Positions 1 to 9,348 of a stretch of DNA of 64,000 bases are shown piece after piece. Under the pieces are notes generated by a model. It searched no databases and was not told the DNA's origin. It was given only the letters and a program-made list of their open reading frames with translations. The translations under genes were made by a program, and so were the position numbers. Source of the stretch: Spirochaetia bacterium (GTDB taxonomy: Bacteria; Spirochaetota; Spirochaetia; DSM-2461). Every line of letters begins with the position of its first letter. Within the stretch, counting starts at the first letter, position 1. The DNA lies in NCBI GenBank assembly GCA_963666985.2, contig CAXXIA010000002.1:768001-832000 (forward strand), written 5' to 3'.

Positions 1-1
1 G

Positions 2-1090
2 GAACGGCGTTTTATCGACAACATCAGAGTCAGCACCCCGGAATCCATCGACCTGATAAAAATGGCGGCCTTCGATGTGGCGCATCGGGTTATGACCGCC
101 CTGTCGGGTCATAAAATCACCGCCGTCATCGGCAATTGGGTTCGGGCGCGGTCGCGGGGCGTGGTTAACGGAATCGATTACGGCCGCACCGGACTGGTCG
201 ATAGAATCCGCGTGGAAGCCGTATCGCGCTCTCTGGAGCAGGGCTATGTGCCCATTTTTCCCTGTATCGGCCATAACGAATCCGGAGATCCGTTCAACCT
301 CTCATCCGACGAATTGGCAATCACCGTCGCAGGAACCCTCAACGCAAAAAAACTCTTCCTTCTCACCCCGGATCCGGTGATGTCCACACCGGAATGGCGA
401 ATACCCGAAGGCGCGGATGTTCTGGAAGACGGCCGAATCTTTAGAATGACTCCCGCCGCCGTGGCGGACATCATGGCCCTCAATCCCGATAAAAACGACC
501 TTACCTCTCTGGAAACCGCGGCCGCGGCATGCCGTTCGGGCGTCGATCGATGCCACATCCTCGACGGACGCAAGGGCGGCGTTCTGCTCAAGGAAATTTT
601 CTCCAACCTCGGTGTCGGCACGATGGTCTTTTCCGATGCCTATGAACGGCTCAGACCCATGGAGAGTTCGGACGTTCCGGGGGTTCTGGAAATCATGCGT
701 CCCCTCATCGCCGAAGGTATTCTGATTAACCGAACGGGAGAGGAATTGGACCGAAGAAGAGAAGATTACTGGGTTTATGCCATGGACGGCGTGGTCCACG
801 GATGCGCGGCCCTTCATCCCCTGGGAGATTCCGCGGCGGAGATAGCCGGCGTGGCCGTCGATGCGCGCTACCTCCAGTTGGGAATCGGAGGGAAACTCAT
901 CGAGAAGCTTTCGAGCAAAGCCATGGAAGACGGAATACGGAAACTGTTCGTCCTCACAACCAGAACAGCCGATTGGTTTCTGGCCATGGGATTCCGCGAA
1001 GGCACGGTGGCCGAACTCCCGCCTCAAAAACGATCGGATTATAACGAGGCGAGAAACTCCAAGGTTCTAGTGAAAGATTTAACAGGCTGA
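2..1090 (+). CDS. argA: Amino-acid N-acetyltransferase (N-acetylglutamate synthase), 5'-truncated by window edge
   Basis: Frame is open from position 2. AAK-like domain (GIDYGRTGLV, RCHILDG, EIFSNLGVGTM) followed by GNAT domain (HGCAAL, GIGGKL, LFVLTTRTADWF, RNSKVL). Confidence 0.92.
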   Translation, partial: ERRFIDNIRVSTPESIDLIKMAAFDVAHRVMTALSGHKITAVIGNWVRARSRGVVNGIDYGRTGLVDRIRVEAVSRSLEQGYVPIFPCIGHNESGDPFNLSSDELAITVAGTLNAKKLFLLTPDPVMSTPEWRIPEGADVLEDGRIFRMTPAAVADIMALNPDKNDLTSLETAAAACRSGVDRCHILDGRKGGVLLKEIFSNLGVGTMVFSDAYERLRPMESSDVPGVLEIMRPLIAEGILINRTGEELDRRREDYWVYAMDGVVHGCAALHPLGDSAAEIAGVAVDARYLQLGIGGKLIEKLSSKAMEDGIRKLFVLTTRTADWFLAMGFREGTVAELPPQKRSDYNEARNSKVLVKDLTG

Positions 1091-1186
1091 TTCCGTAAAA
1101 AACATTCCACCGCAACGAACAAATGAATATTATTCTTCAGTCCTTTCTTGTGAAATCCATCCGGCCGACTTACGCTTAATAGAACA

Positions 1187-2431
1187 ATGGAAGATACCAT
1201 ACTGATCGTCGACGACAGCCGAATGTATGGAAAGCACCTGAAACGAACCATAGAGGAAAACCTGGGATACAGGGCGCAGTGGTTTGAATCCTTCCGGGAA
1301 ACCGAACGGTATTTTAATGATGGTGGACATCCGGCGATTGCGCTGCTCGACTACACACTTCCCGACGCCATGGACGGTGAAATCATCGACCTCTGCCTCC
1401 GGTTCAACATTCCTTCGGTCGTTATCACATCCCGCTTTTCCGCGGACCATCAGGAATATCTCTGGTCGAAACAAATCGTCGACTATGTTATCAAAGAAGG
1501 TTCTCATACGGTCGGCTACCTTCTCAATCTCATCACCCGTTTTTTTAAAAATCCGGAAACCGGCATATTGATCGTCGACGATTCGAAAATGGCCCGCAAT
1601 CATCTGATCAATCTGCTTCATCCCTACCGTTTCCAGTTATTTGAGGCTGCCGAGGCTGAAGAAGCTCTGCAGATTCTGGAAACTCAAAAAGACATCAAAC
1701 TCGTTCTTGCCGACTATGCCATGCCGAAATGCGACGGTTTCGAACTGACGAAAAAAATCAGACAGCAATGGCCTGTGGAAAAACTCGCGGTTATCGGTTT
1801 ATCGGCCAAAGGGAGTCATCAGCTTGCCGTCAAATTCATTAAATACGGAGCCAATGATTTCCTCAGCAAGCCTTTTTTAAGTGAAATGCTCATGTGCCGA
1901 ATCAACCAAAACCTCACCCTGCTGGAACACTTCGACTCTCTCCATGAACTCTCAAACATCGATTATCTGACAGGCATTTACAACAGACGGTATCTCTTTG
2001 AACTCGGCGAGGTTATTTTCGCGCAGGCGCAGCGAACCGGTGACTATCCGGTCATCGCCATGATCGATATCGACCATTTCAAGCTTGTTAATGACAATTA
2101 CGGCCACATCATCGGCGACCGGGTTCTGGAACGGCTGGCGAAAACTCTCAAATTGAACATTCGGAAAGGCGACATCCTCGCCCGGTACGGAGGCGAAGAG
2201 TTCTGCCTTATATGCCTTAACATGGACGCTTCTCAAGTGGAAAAAATCTTTGAGAAATGGCGGCAAACCATCGCAGAACTCGGATTTCAAGCCGACGGAA
2301 AACTTTTCTCCGTTACCGTGAGCATAGGCATTTGTATGGAAAAGCGGGAATCCTTTCTTTCTATGGTGGAAATCGGCGATGAAAATCTCTACAAAGCCAA
2401 GGAAGCGGGCCGAAACTGCATCCGGTTCTAA
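1187..2431 (+). CDS. Response-regulator diguanylate cyclase (REC-REC-GGDEF, PleD-like)
   Basis: Two receiver domains (ILIVDDS twice), DIDHFK, RxxD I-site (RKGD), intact GGEEF. Confidence 0.92.
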   Translation: MEDTILIVDDSRMYGKHLKRTIEENLGYRAQWFESFRETERYFNDGGHPAIALLDYTLPDAMDGEIIDLCLRFNIPSVVITSRFSADHQEYLWSKQIVDYVIKEGSHTVGYLLNLITRFFKNPETGILIVDDSKMARNHLINLLHPYRFQLFEAAEAEEALQILETQKDIKLVLADYAMPKCDGFELTKKIRQQWPVEKLAVIGLSAKGSHQLAVKFIKYGANDFLSKPFLSEMLMCRINQNLTLLEHFDSLHELSNIDYLTGIYNRRYLFELGEVIFAQAQRTGDYPVIAMIDIDHFKLVNDNYGHIIGDRVLERLAKTLKLNIRKGDILARYGGEEFCLICLNMDASQVEKIFEKWRQTIAELGFQADGKLFSVTVSIGICMEKRESFLSMVEIGDENLYKAKEAGRNCIRF

Positions 2432-2565
2432 TCCCGGATTTCTCCGCTAAAAAAAATAATGAAAAAACTTTAAATTATGACTATTCGTAGAATTAAATAA
2501 CTATTGACACGTATTAACGATAAGAATTATACCTCGGTTGATTTCAACTTCAAGAGGTACCAATA

Positions 2566-3177
2566 ATGAAAAGAATTCTTATTCTCACGGTCGTCCTTAT
2601 CGCGGCGGCATCATCGCTGTCTGCTCTGGATTTCGTCGTCGGCCCGAAAATCGGCATCGCGGACTACAACTTTCACGGTGATTACGTTCCTTACGACAAC
2701 ATGATTTCGTTATCCCCGGAAGTCGGCGCGTTCGTTAATCTCCAGCTCACCTCCATGATCGGTCTGCAGATCGAAGCGATGTATACTTATCAAACCGTTC
2801 GTCTTGATTCCGGAAGCGGGGACTGGGGTCAATACATCATGAACGCCCTGAGTTTGCCGGTTTACGCCCGCTTCGATTTCGATCTGGCAGGCTTTGGAAT
2901 CTATGCCCTGGCGGGCGCTCAGTTCGATCTTCTTTTCGGAGATGCGAAAGGAAAGGATAGTGACGGCTCGACGGAAAATTATGGCAGCGTAAGCGATGTT
3001 TACGATAATGTCTTATTCATCAATGTTGCCGCCGGAGCGGGCGTGAGTCTGCCTTTCGGGCCGGGCGTTTTGGATGTCGGAGCCGGGATTAAATACGGCT
3101 TGACTCAATACCGAGATGGTTATGACTGGAAAGCCTGGGACATCGATATCCAGGCCGCCTACGGATTCTCCATCTAA
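2566..3177 (+). CDS. Outer-membrane beta-barrel protein (PorT/OMP_b-brl-like)
   Basis: Signal peptide, alternating amphipathic beta strands, C-terminal AYGFSI; GAGG RBS. Confidence 0.75.
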   Translation: MKRILILTVVLIAAASSLSALDFVVGPKIGIADYNFHGDYVPYDNMISLSPEVGAFVNLQLTSMIGLQIEAMYTYQTVRLDSGSGDWGQYIMNALSLPVYARFDFDLAGFGIYALAGAQFDLLFGDAKGKDSDGSTENYGSVSDVYDNVLFINVAAGAGVSLPFGPGVLDVGAGIKYGLTQYRDGYDWKAWDIDIQAAYGFSI

Positions 3178-3202
3178 TAAATAGTTCACGAGATATCATC
3201 GG

Positions 3203-3227
3203 AGCCGCCTTTCGAGGCGGCTTTTTT
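3203..3227 (+). terminator. Rho-independent terminator
   Basis: AGCCGCCT-TTCG-AGGCGGCT hairpin followed by a T-run, just after the barrel gene. Confidence 0.85.
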
Positions 3228-3289
3228 CATCGGGAAAGACTCAATTCGTCATTTCGGGATTCAGGCTCTTGTTGTCCGGAGCATGAACT

Positions 3290-4339
3290 TTACGGCTTTC
3301 GGGATTCGAAAAGTCCGTCGATGGCCTCTTTGGCTTCGATAAATCGGTTGTTGTAATCACCGCTGATGCTGACGAATTCGATGCCGTACCCGGCGAGCAT
3401 CTCTTTGAGGTACTTGTTGTTCTTCTCCCTCACTTCAGGGTCGCCCGCGAAGCGCACTCCATCGTCGATCCACTCCAAATCCGGTTCCAGATAAAGCCAG
3501 AGGTCGAACTCCTGCCGGGCGATAATCTCGTCGATTAAGGCGCTCCGTTCACCGAAATACATCTCCAGGTAATACTGAGTTACGACGGCCTCGCTGTCGA
3601 CAAGCAGGACGCGGTTGCAGGAGAGGGCTTTTTTCTCGGTCAGCAGGAAATGTTCCATGGCGAGTTCGTCAAAATGCTTCACCGTCAGCTGATCGCTGTA
3701 CCGAAGCGTGTAATCCCGTCCCACTTCATGAACATACGCGGTGTTGTAGAACTTGCCGAGCTTCTCGGCCAGAGTCGTTTTCCCGGTACTTTCGGTTCCC
3801 ACGAACGCGATGCGCTTTACGAAAAAACTCTGCACGGTATGGGGAAGCAAACTCCAGTAATCGTAGAGATTCCGTCTGATTTCTCCGGCGGAGCGGGCCG
3901 TTACGGTGGTTCTGCGGGCGTCAATCACAACATGCTCCGCTTCGGGATAATACTTATCGAAGAGCTCATCATACTCATGTTCCGAACTGAAAACATGGGT
4001 GATGGTTTTGCCGATGGCTTCCTTAACCGCCCGAGTACCGGCGTCCCAATGATCCGATTCCCCCCAAGTATCGTCCCGGATATGAAGAATGTGAATATTC
4101 TCCAGCTTGCTGATAGCCTCTCCGATCCAGCTCAGGCGAACTTCGGCCGGCATCGGTTTAATTCCGTCTGCCGCGCACACATCCCGATCTTTCTTCTCGC
4201 TGGAACTGAGTACCACATAAAGATTCTCCACATGATTGCTGGCCTCGATAATGGCGAAGATATGCCCCCGATGAAAAGGCAGAAAGCGTCCGCCGATAAA
4301 TCCGACGGTTCCCTTAATATGTTCCAGCGACTGTATCAT
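3290..4339 (-). CDS. nadR: Bifunctional NMN adenylyltransferase / ribosylnicotinamide kinase (NadR without HTH)
   Basis: GGRFLPFHRGH (HxGH) nucleotidyltransferase domain, P-loop GTESTGKTT, WIDDGVR. Confidence 0.88.
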   Translation of the reverse strand: MIQSLEHIKGTVGFIGGRFLPFHRGHIFAIIEASNHVENLYVVLSSSEKKDRDVCAADGIKPMPAEVRLSWIGEAISKLENIHILHIRDDTWGESDHWDAGTRAVKEAIGKTITHVFSSEHEYDELFDKYYPEAEHVVIDARRTTVTARSAGEIRRNLYDYWSLLPHTVQSFFVKRIAFVGTESTGKTTLAEKLGKFYNTAYVHEVGRDYTLRYSDQLTVKHFDELAMEHFLLTEKKALSCNRVLLVDSEAVVTQYYLEMYFGERSALIDEIIARQEFDLWLYLEPDLEWIDDGVRFAGDPEVREKNNKYLKEMLAGYGIEFVSISGDYNNRFIEAKEAIDGLFESRKP

Positions 4340-4478
4340 CCTCAGCTCCCAACCGGTAATAAGAACACAATACTAACCGAAAACCGCGCAGACTTATATC
4401 ATTCAACACGGCAAGAAATCGGAAGATCGGCCGGAAGAAGACTTGATACATGAACGTCAAAGCACGACTATTAACGGT

Positions 4479-5063
4479 ATGAAAAAAACGGTTCTCTTGT
4501 TCTTCCTGATTTTCTCCGCAATGCACGTTTTCGCCCTCTCCGATCGGCCGGTAACCTACGGGATTCATGTTATTGTCGGCGGACGCTACGATAATGTCCG
4601 AATGTGCGTCGCTTCCCCGGCCGGCGTGAAAGGCGGCCCGATTATGGACGTGTATTTCGATGTCCGCTTTCCTCTCGGAGAGGAGGGAACACTGGCCCTG
4701 AATATCCCCGTGATGCGCCCCATCCTTTTCGGGGCCTCCTTCGGCATGCTCCAGTTCGAACCCCAAGTTACCTATGAACACCGCTTCGGATCTCCGGGCG
4801 GTCCCAGGCCGGTACTGGGCGCGGGATTGGGCGTGGTGTTTCATTACGGCCCCGATTACCTCTCTTCAAAAACCAACAGAGGTGAAGATTTCTTCGCCGT
4901 CGGTCCCTTAATCAGCGGATCGTTCGGCATGGAATTCGAAGGGAAAAAAGGATACTGGACACCGGGGGTGAAAGTATTCTACTCACCGCTTTTTTCGCCC
5001 GACTACGACTCGGGACTGGTTCTCGGCGGAGCGGCCGAACTGCATTACTCGTTCAAACGCTGA
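4479..5063 (+). CDS. Secreted / probable outer-membrane beta-strand protein
   Basis: Signal peptide MKKTVLLFFLIFSAMHVFA, amphipathic strands, C-terminal ELHYSF. Confidence 0.65.
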   Translation: MKKTVLLFFLIFSAMHVFALSDRPVTYGIHVIVGGRYDNVRMCVASPAGVKGGPIMDVYFDVRFPLGEEGTLALNIPVMRPILFGASFGMLQFEPQVTYEHRFGSPGGPRPVLGAGLGVVFHYGPDYLSSKTNRGEDFFAVGPLISGSFGMEFEGKKGYWTPGVKVFYSPLFSPDYDSGLVLGGAAELHYSFKR

Positions 5064-5122
5064 AAAGGTATGCATTCACCCCGCCGCCCATGATAGTTTT
5101 TCCATAAAAGGAGAAACCGATC

Positions 5123-6706
5123 ATGCCCGAAGAGAGGCTCGCGAAAACAGGAATCAAAACGAATTACACGGAAAAATCTTCTTACGATCTGGTCATTATC
5201 GGAGCCGGTGTCGCCGGACTCACGACCGGTCTTCTCTGGCTGAAAAACCGCCCGGAAGATTCGGTCCTCATCGTGGAAAAGGAACCGTATCCCGGCGGAT
5301 ACGTTACCGCGTATAAACGGGGCGGATTCGTCTTCGAAACGACACAGCTTTTTCCCGACGTCATCGATATCGTGGACTTTCTCGGGGTGGAAATCCCTCT
5401 AAAGCGTTATGAAGGGAATTTCATGCGGCGACTGGTTGTAGACGGTGATGATGTTAAGGAATACCACCTTCCTACCGGCGCCGAGAACTTAAAGAACCAC
5501 CTCTGCGGTCTTTTTCCCGAAGATGCGGGCAAGATCGGCAAACTCATGGATTATTCGGTAAACCTCTTCGCTCAGGTTCGAAAACTCAAAGCCATCTCCA
5601 CCGCCAAAGACAAATTGCTTACCCCCTTCGCGGCGCCGAAGGTTGTCGCGAATCTCAACACAACCCAAGCACAGCTTCTGGACCGATTCGGAATTACCAA
5701 CCCGAATCTTCGCGAAATCATGGAAACCTTTACGTCCTTCGCCGGTGTGTCTCCGGGTTATGCCTCATCCATTCTTACAACAGGCGCGATGCTCTCCTCC
5801 GTCAGCCGCTGCTATCGCCCCTATGGATATTTCGATGGATTCCCGGCGGCCATGGCCGAGCTTTTTCAGAAGAGAGGCGGTGAAATCCGCCTGAAAGCTC
5901 CCGTCGAAGCCATTCAAATCTCCGGCGGAAAAGCCGAAGGCATCCGAGTGGCAGGAGATTCCTTACCGATAAAGGCTGAACGCGTTGTTTCCACCGTGGA
6001 TCCCAATGTCCTTATCCACAACATGGTGGGAGATGAAAGGGTTCCCTCGTCCTACCTGGACAAATTGAACAATACCGTCATGTCGCCGTCCTCGCTGAAT
6101 ATCGCCCTGGGCCTTGACGACGGTATTGATATGTCCTCCATGGACCTGGATTATCCGTATAATCTCATTTCCACGGGGCTCGGTACCGCGGATAAGCTCT
6201 TCAACGCATTCCTGGAAAACCGCAATGCCTTCAGTGAAGAGTGCTTCCACATGGCCGTTATCTGTCCTTCACTGACTACGGGAGGAAAGACCACCGTAAC
6301 CCTCCGGGTTGTTCCCGTGGCTCCCGGGGACTGGCTCTCCTGGAAGCAAAACGATCCGGCACGGTATGCGGAAGAGAAGGAAAAATGGGGAGGATTCTTT
6401 GTCGGCCTGGCGGAGAAATATCTGATTCCGGGTTTAAGTTCGCATATCGAAGTGATGGACGTGGCCACACCGGCGACCTATGCCCGATACTCGGGCTCTC
6501 CGACAGGAAGCCTCTACGATATGGCTTCGCTGGTCACCCAATTCGGCCCCAAACGGCTGGGATTGAAAACACCGATTGAAAACCTCGTTCAACCGAAATT
6601 CTCTCACGGAATCTACGGCTCCATGATGGGCGCCGTTCAAGTGGTGGATCTGATGCTGGATCGAACTTTCAACGAAGGGAAATCGCTGTTCGCGCCGGGG
6701 AAATAA
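5123..6706 (+). CDS. Phytoene desaturase-family FAD-dependent oxidoreductase
   Basis: GAGVAG Rossmann motif, EK..PGGY...KRGGFVFE, ATPATYARY..SPTGSLY typical of CrtI-like proteins. Confidence 0.82.
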   Translation: MPEERLAKTGIKTNYTEKSSYDLVIIGAGVAGLTTGLLWLKNRPEDSVLIVEKEPYPGGYVTAYKRGGFVFETTQLFPDVIDIVDFLGVEIPLKRYEGNFMRRLVVDGDDVKEYHLPTGAENLKNHLCGLFPEDAGKIGKLMDYSVNLFAQVRKLKAISTAKDKLLTPFAAPKVVANLNTTQAQLLDRFGITNPNLREIMETFTSFAGVSPGYASSILTTGAMLSSVSRCYRPYGYFDGFPAAMAELFQKRGGEIRLKAPVEAIQISGGKAEGIRVAGDSLPIKAERVVSTVDPNVLIHNMVGDERVPSSYLDKLNNTVMSPSSLNIALGLDDGIDMSSMDLDYPYNLISTGLGTADKLFNAFLENRNAFSEECFHMAVICPSLTTGGKTTVTLRVVPVAPGDWLSWKQNDPARYAEEKEKWGGFFVGLAEKYLIPGLSSHIEVMDVATPATYARYSGSPTGSLYDMASLVTQFGPKRLGLKTPIENLVQPKFSHGIYGSMMGAVQVVDLMLDRTFNEGKSLFAPGK

Positions 6707-6757
6707 TCGTTGCCGAATCCGCGGCTTTGGTAAAAACGGCCTCGATACCCGAGGCCG

Positions 6758-7411
6758 TTACGAAGGGGTATCGGCACTCCCGCCGGAGTCTTCCGGATTC
6801 TTTTCCGAAAAACGCCGCGAACGCCGGTCGCGGAAAATGGAGAAACCGGCCCAAAGCAGAATCGCGCCGCCGACAATCCCCAAAAAAATCTCCAAAGGCA
6901 GCTGCAGGGCCGCGGTAACCGAAGCGACTTCAACGGCCAGCGCCGGGATTTTCCCCAGAGTGCTGGCCGCCGCGAAATTCCGCATCCGCATTCGGCCGGC
7001 CGCCGCGCCGAGGGTAACGGCGCCGGAGGGTACATACGGAAGAAGCCGAAACGCCAAAACCAGAGCGAAGGCTCTTCCTTCGGGCGCCCCGGCAAGACGC
7101 CGCATTCTCTTTTCCAAACCTTTTGAAAAACGGCCGCGGCCTCCCGCAACCCGATTCAATCCTTTACGGTAGAGAGTAAAAGCAACCACGGCTCCCAGGG
7201 ATTCACCGGCAATGGACAGAGCTCCGCCCCACCAGAGACCGAATACCGCAATATTGGCCGCTGTAATAAAAAAGCTCGGTAAAAAACCCAGAACGGCTAT
7301 CACGATTTCCACCAATAAGCTCAGCGGTATCGCGACGGCATGATGAGAAGTCAGCAGTCCGGTGAGCCAAATCTCGTCCATGAGATAATTGTACTCCTTT
7401 TGCGGTATCAA
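6758..7411 (-). CDS. TVP38/TMEM64 (DedA/VTT) family membrane protein; start uncertain
   Basis: FLPSFFIT...FGLWWG, RLLPYVP, TLGKIP and several TM segments. Confidence 0.82.
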   Translation of the reverse strand: MIPQKEYNYLMDEIWLTGLLTSHHAVAIPLSLLVEIVIAVLGFLPSFFITAANIAVFGLWWGGALSIAGESLGAVVAFTLYRKGLNRVAGGRGRFSKGLEKRMRRLAGAPEGRAFALVLAFRLLPYVPSGAVTLGAAAGRMRMRNFAAASTLGKIPALAVEVASVTAALQLPLEIFLGIVGGAILLWAGFSIFRDRRSRRFSEKNPEDSGGSADTPS

Positions 7412-7518
7412 AAGCGTGTATTCTCGGGCTTGTGGCGGACCGACAGGATTCTCCCTATTCTTCCATATATCTTCGATTCAATGTTAGACTTCGTATACTT
7501 TTTAAAAGGATCGAAACC

Positions 7519-8091
7519 ATGCCCAAAGCTCTGCTTATAAATTCCAGTCCTCGAAAAAACGGAAATACCGCGGCCATGCTGTCTGAGATTTCCGCCGTCT
7601 TGAAATCTTCCGATATTGATGTTGAGACTCTGCATATCGGAGGGAAACCCGTTCTGGGGTGCAGGGCCTGCGGCAAATGCGGGGAGAACAAGAATCTCCG
7701 CTGCGCCATCGACGATTCGTTATCCGATTCGATCGCAAAAGCGTTAACGGCCGATGCATTAATTGTCGGTACGCCCACTTACTTCTCCGATTTAACTCCG
7801 GAGGCCAAGGCTTTTATCGACAGGTGTGGATTTGCCGCCCGTTCCAATGATTTCGCTCTGGAGAAAAAAATCGGCGCGGCCGCGGTAGCCGTCCGACGAG
7901 CCGGTGCTGTCCATGCGATGGATTCCATCAACCATTTTTTTCTTATTAATAAAATGTTCGTAGCCGGTTCTTCGTATTGGAACCTCAGCATTGCACGCGA
8001 TATCGGTGACTATGCGAAAGACGAAGAAGGCGTGCAGACCATGAAAGATCTGGGCTCACTTATCGCCTGGTTCCTTAAAAAAACCGCCTGA
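7519..8091 (+). CDS. Iron-sulfur flavoprotein / NADPH-dependent FMN reductase family
   Basis: NSSPRKNGNT, CRACGKC...C cluster motif, GTPTYF, KAFIDR. Confidence 0.87.
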   Translation: MPKALLINSSPRKNGNTAAMLSEISAVLKSSDIDVETLHIGGKPVLGCRACGKCGENKNLRCAIDDSLSDSIAKALTADALIVGTPTYFSDLTPEAKAFIDRCGFAARSNDFALEKKIGAAAVAVRRAGAVHAMDSINHFFLINKMFVAGSSYWNLSIARDIGDYAKDEEGVQTMKDLGSLIAWFLKKTA

Positions 8092-8288
8092 ATAACGGTT
8101 GCTTCAACAGTGCCTCAATCTTGAACTTATGAATCTCATAGCCGCCGGTCCGATATCGAAAAAAGCGAACTGCGGGATTTTCGCTCCCATAGACCGCGGC
8201 GCAGATAATTTTTCTCTTTGAGATAATGCCGATTCCGGCGGCTGTAATACCGGTAACACTCAGGAAGTTCCGCGGTGTTTCATATTCC

Positions 8289-8450
8289 ATGAAGCACTTC
8301 TTATCTCAGGCGGTTGTACCGCTGCTTGCCCTTATCGTGTTTCTCCTGTCGGCCGCACTGATTCAAGCGGAGGAACAATCGCCGTCCGAATCCGTTACCG
8401 CCTCCGAAAGTCACTCTCAAAAAGTACCGGCATCCATGGAGACCTGGTGA
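8289..8450 (+). CDS. Small putative secreted/membrane peptide (53 aa)
   Basis: Signal-peptide-like N-terminus followed by a Ser/Glu-rich tail; fills an intergenic gap. Confidence 0.35.
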   Translation: MKHFLSQAVVPLLALIVFLLSAALIQAEEQSPSESVTASESHSQKVPASMETW

Positions 8451-8510
8451 TATAAATCGGCCGAACGCCCGATTAGGCCGATCTCGAAGATTCCGGTAAC
8501 GGCGGATTCT

Positions 8511-9296
8511 TTACGCGATATGCATGCCCCCGTCTATGGAAAGGGCCTGTCCCGTAATAAATCCCGACGCATCGGAACAAAGCCACACAACCGACCGTGC
8601 CACATCCTCGACGGTCCCCATTCTTCCCATGGGAATAACATGTTCGGTTAACAGACTCTCTTCTTCCGGATTGGTGGAAAGGGTGTTGGACATTAAATTG
8701 GTGCCGGTTGTCGGTCCGGGGCAGATAACATTCACCCGTATTCCGTTTCTCGCGTTTTCAATAGCAGCCGTTCGGGTAATCGCGATAACGCCGGCCTTAC
8801 TGGGACCATAAGCACCGAAATTCGGAGCCATTTTCAATCCGCCGATGGAAGCGGTATTCACGATGGCCCCTTTTCCCTGTTTCTTCATCTGCTTCAATTC
8901 ATGCTTTAAGCAGAAAAAAACACCTTTAAGATTCGTATCAACGATTCTGTCCCAGGTTTCTTCGGTAACCTCTTCAAGAGGCAGATAGGGGATTCTAACC
9001 CCGTCGGGACCGATTCCCGCATTATTAAAGGCGAAGTCGACGCTCCCAAACAGATCCACCGTCTTTTCCATAAGATTCTTTACATCTTCTTCCAATCCGA
9101 CATTGCATTGGATAAAAACCGCTTCACCTCCGGCTTCTTTTACCAAACGAACGGTTTCTTCACCGCCTTGTATGTTGTTTGCCGTTGAGACAACGACTTT
9201 GGCACCGAGTTTCCCGAACTCCAGGGCGGCCGCCCGGCCCATGCCGGAAGCTCCGCCCGTAATAATAACCGTTTTACCCTGAATATCAGTAAACAT
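8511..9296 (-). CDS. Short-chain dehydrogenase/reductase
   Basis: TGGASGMG, NNAG, YGPSK; AAGGAG RBS. Confidence 0.92.
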   Translation of the reverse strand: MFTDIQGKTVIITGGASGMGRAAALEFGKLGAKVVVSTANNIQGGEETVRLVKEAGGEAVFIQCNVGLEEDVKNLMEKTVDLFGSVDFAFNNAGIGPDGVRIPYLPLEEVTEETWDRIVDTNLKGVFFCLKHELKQMKKQGKGAIVNTASIGGLKMAPNFGAYGPSKAGVIAITRTAAIENARNGIRVNVICPGPTTGTNLMSNTLSTNPEEESLLTEHVIPMGRMGTVEDVARSVVWLCSDASGFITGQALSIDGGMHIA

Positions 9297-9348
9297 ACTT
9301 TCTCCTTTGTTCAATAATCTTTCGCGGCATCCTTATTCCCGCGGCCTG

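Noticed and set aside
2504..2533. sigma70 promoter or Fur box upstream of the barrel gene
   Set aside because: TTGACA is present, but the -10 and Fur-box matches are too weak to call.
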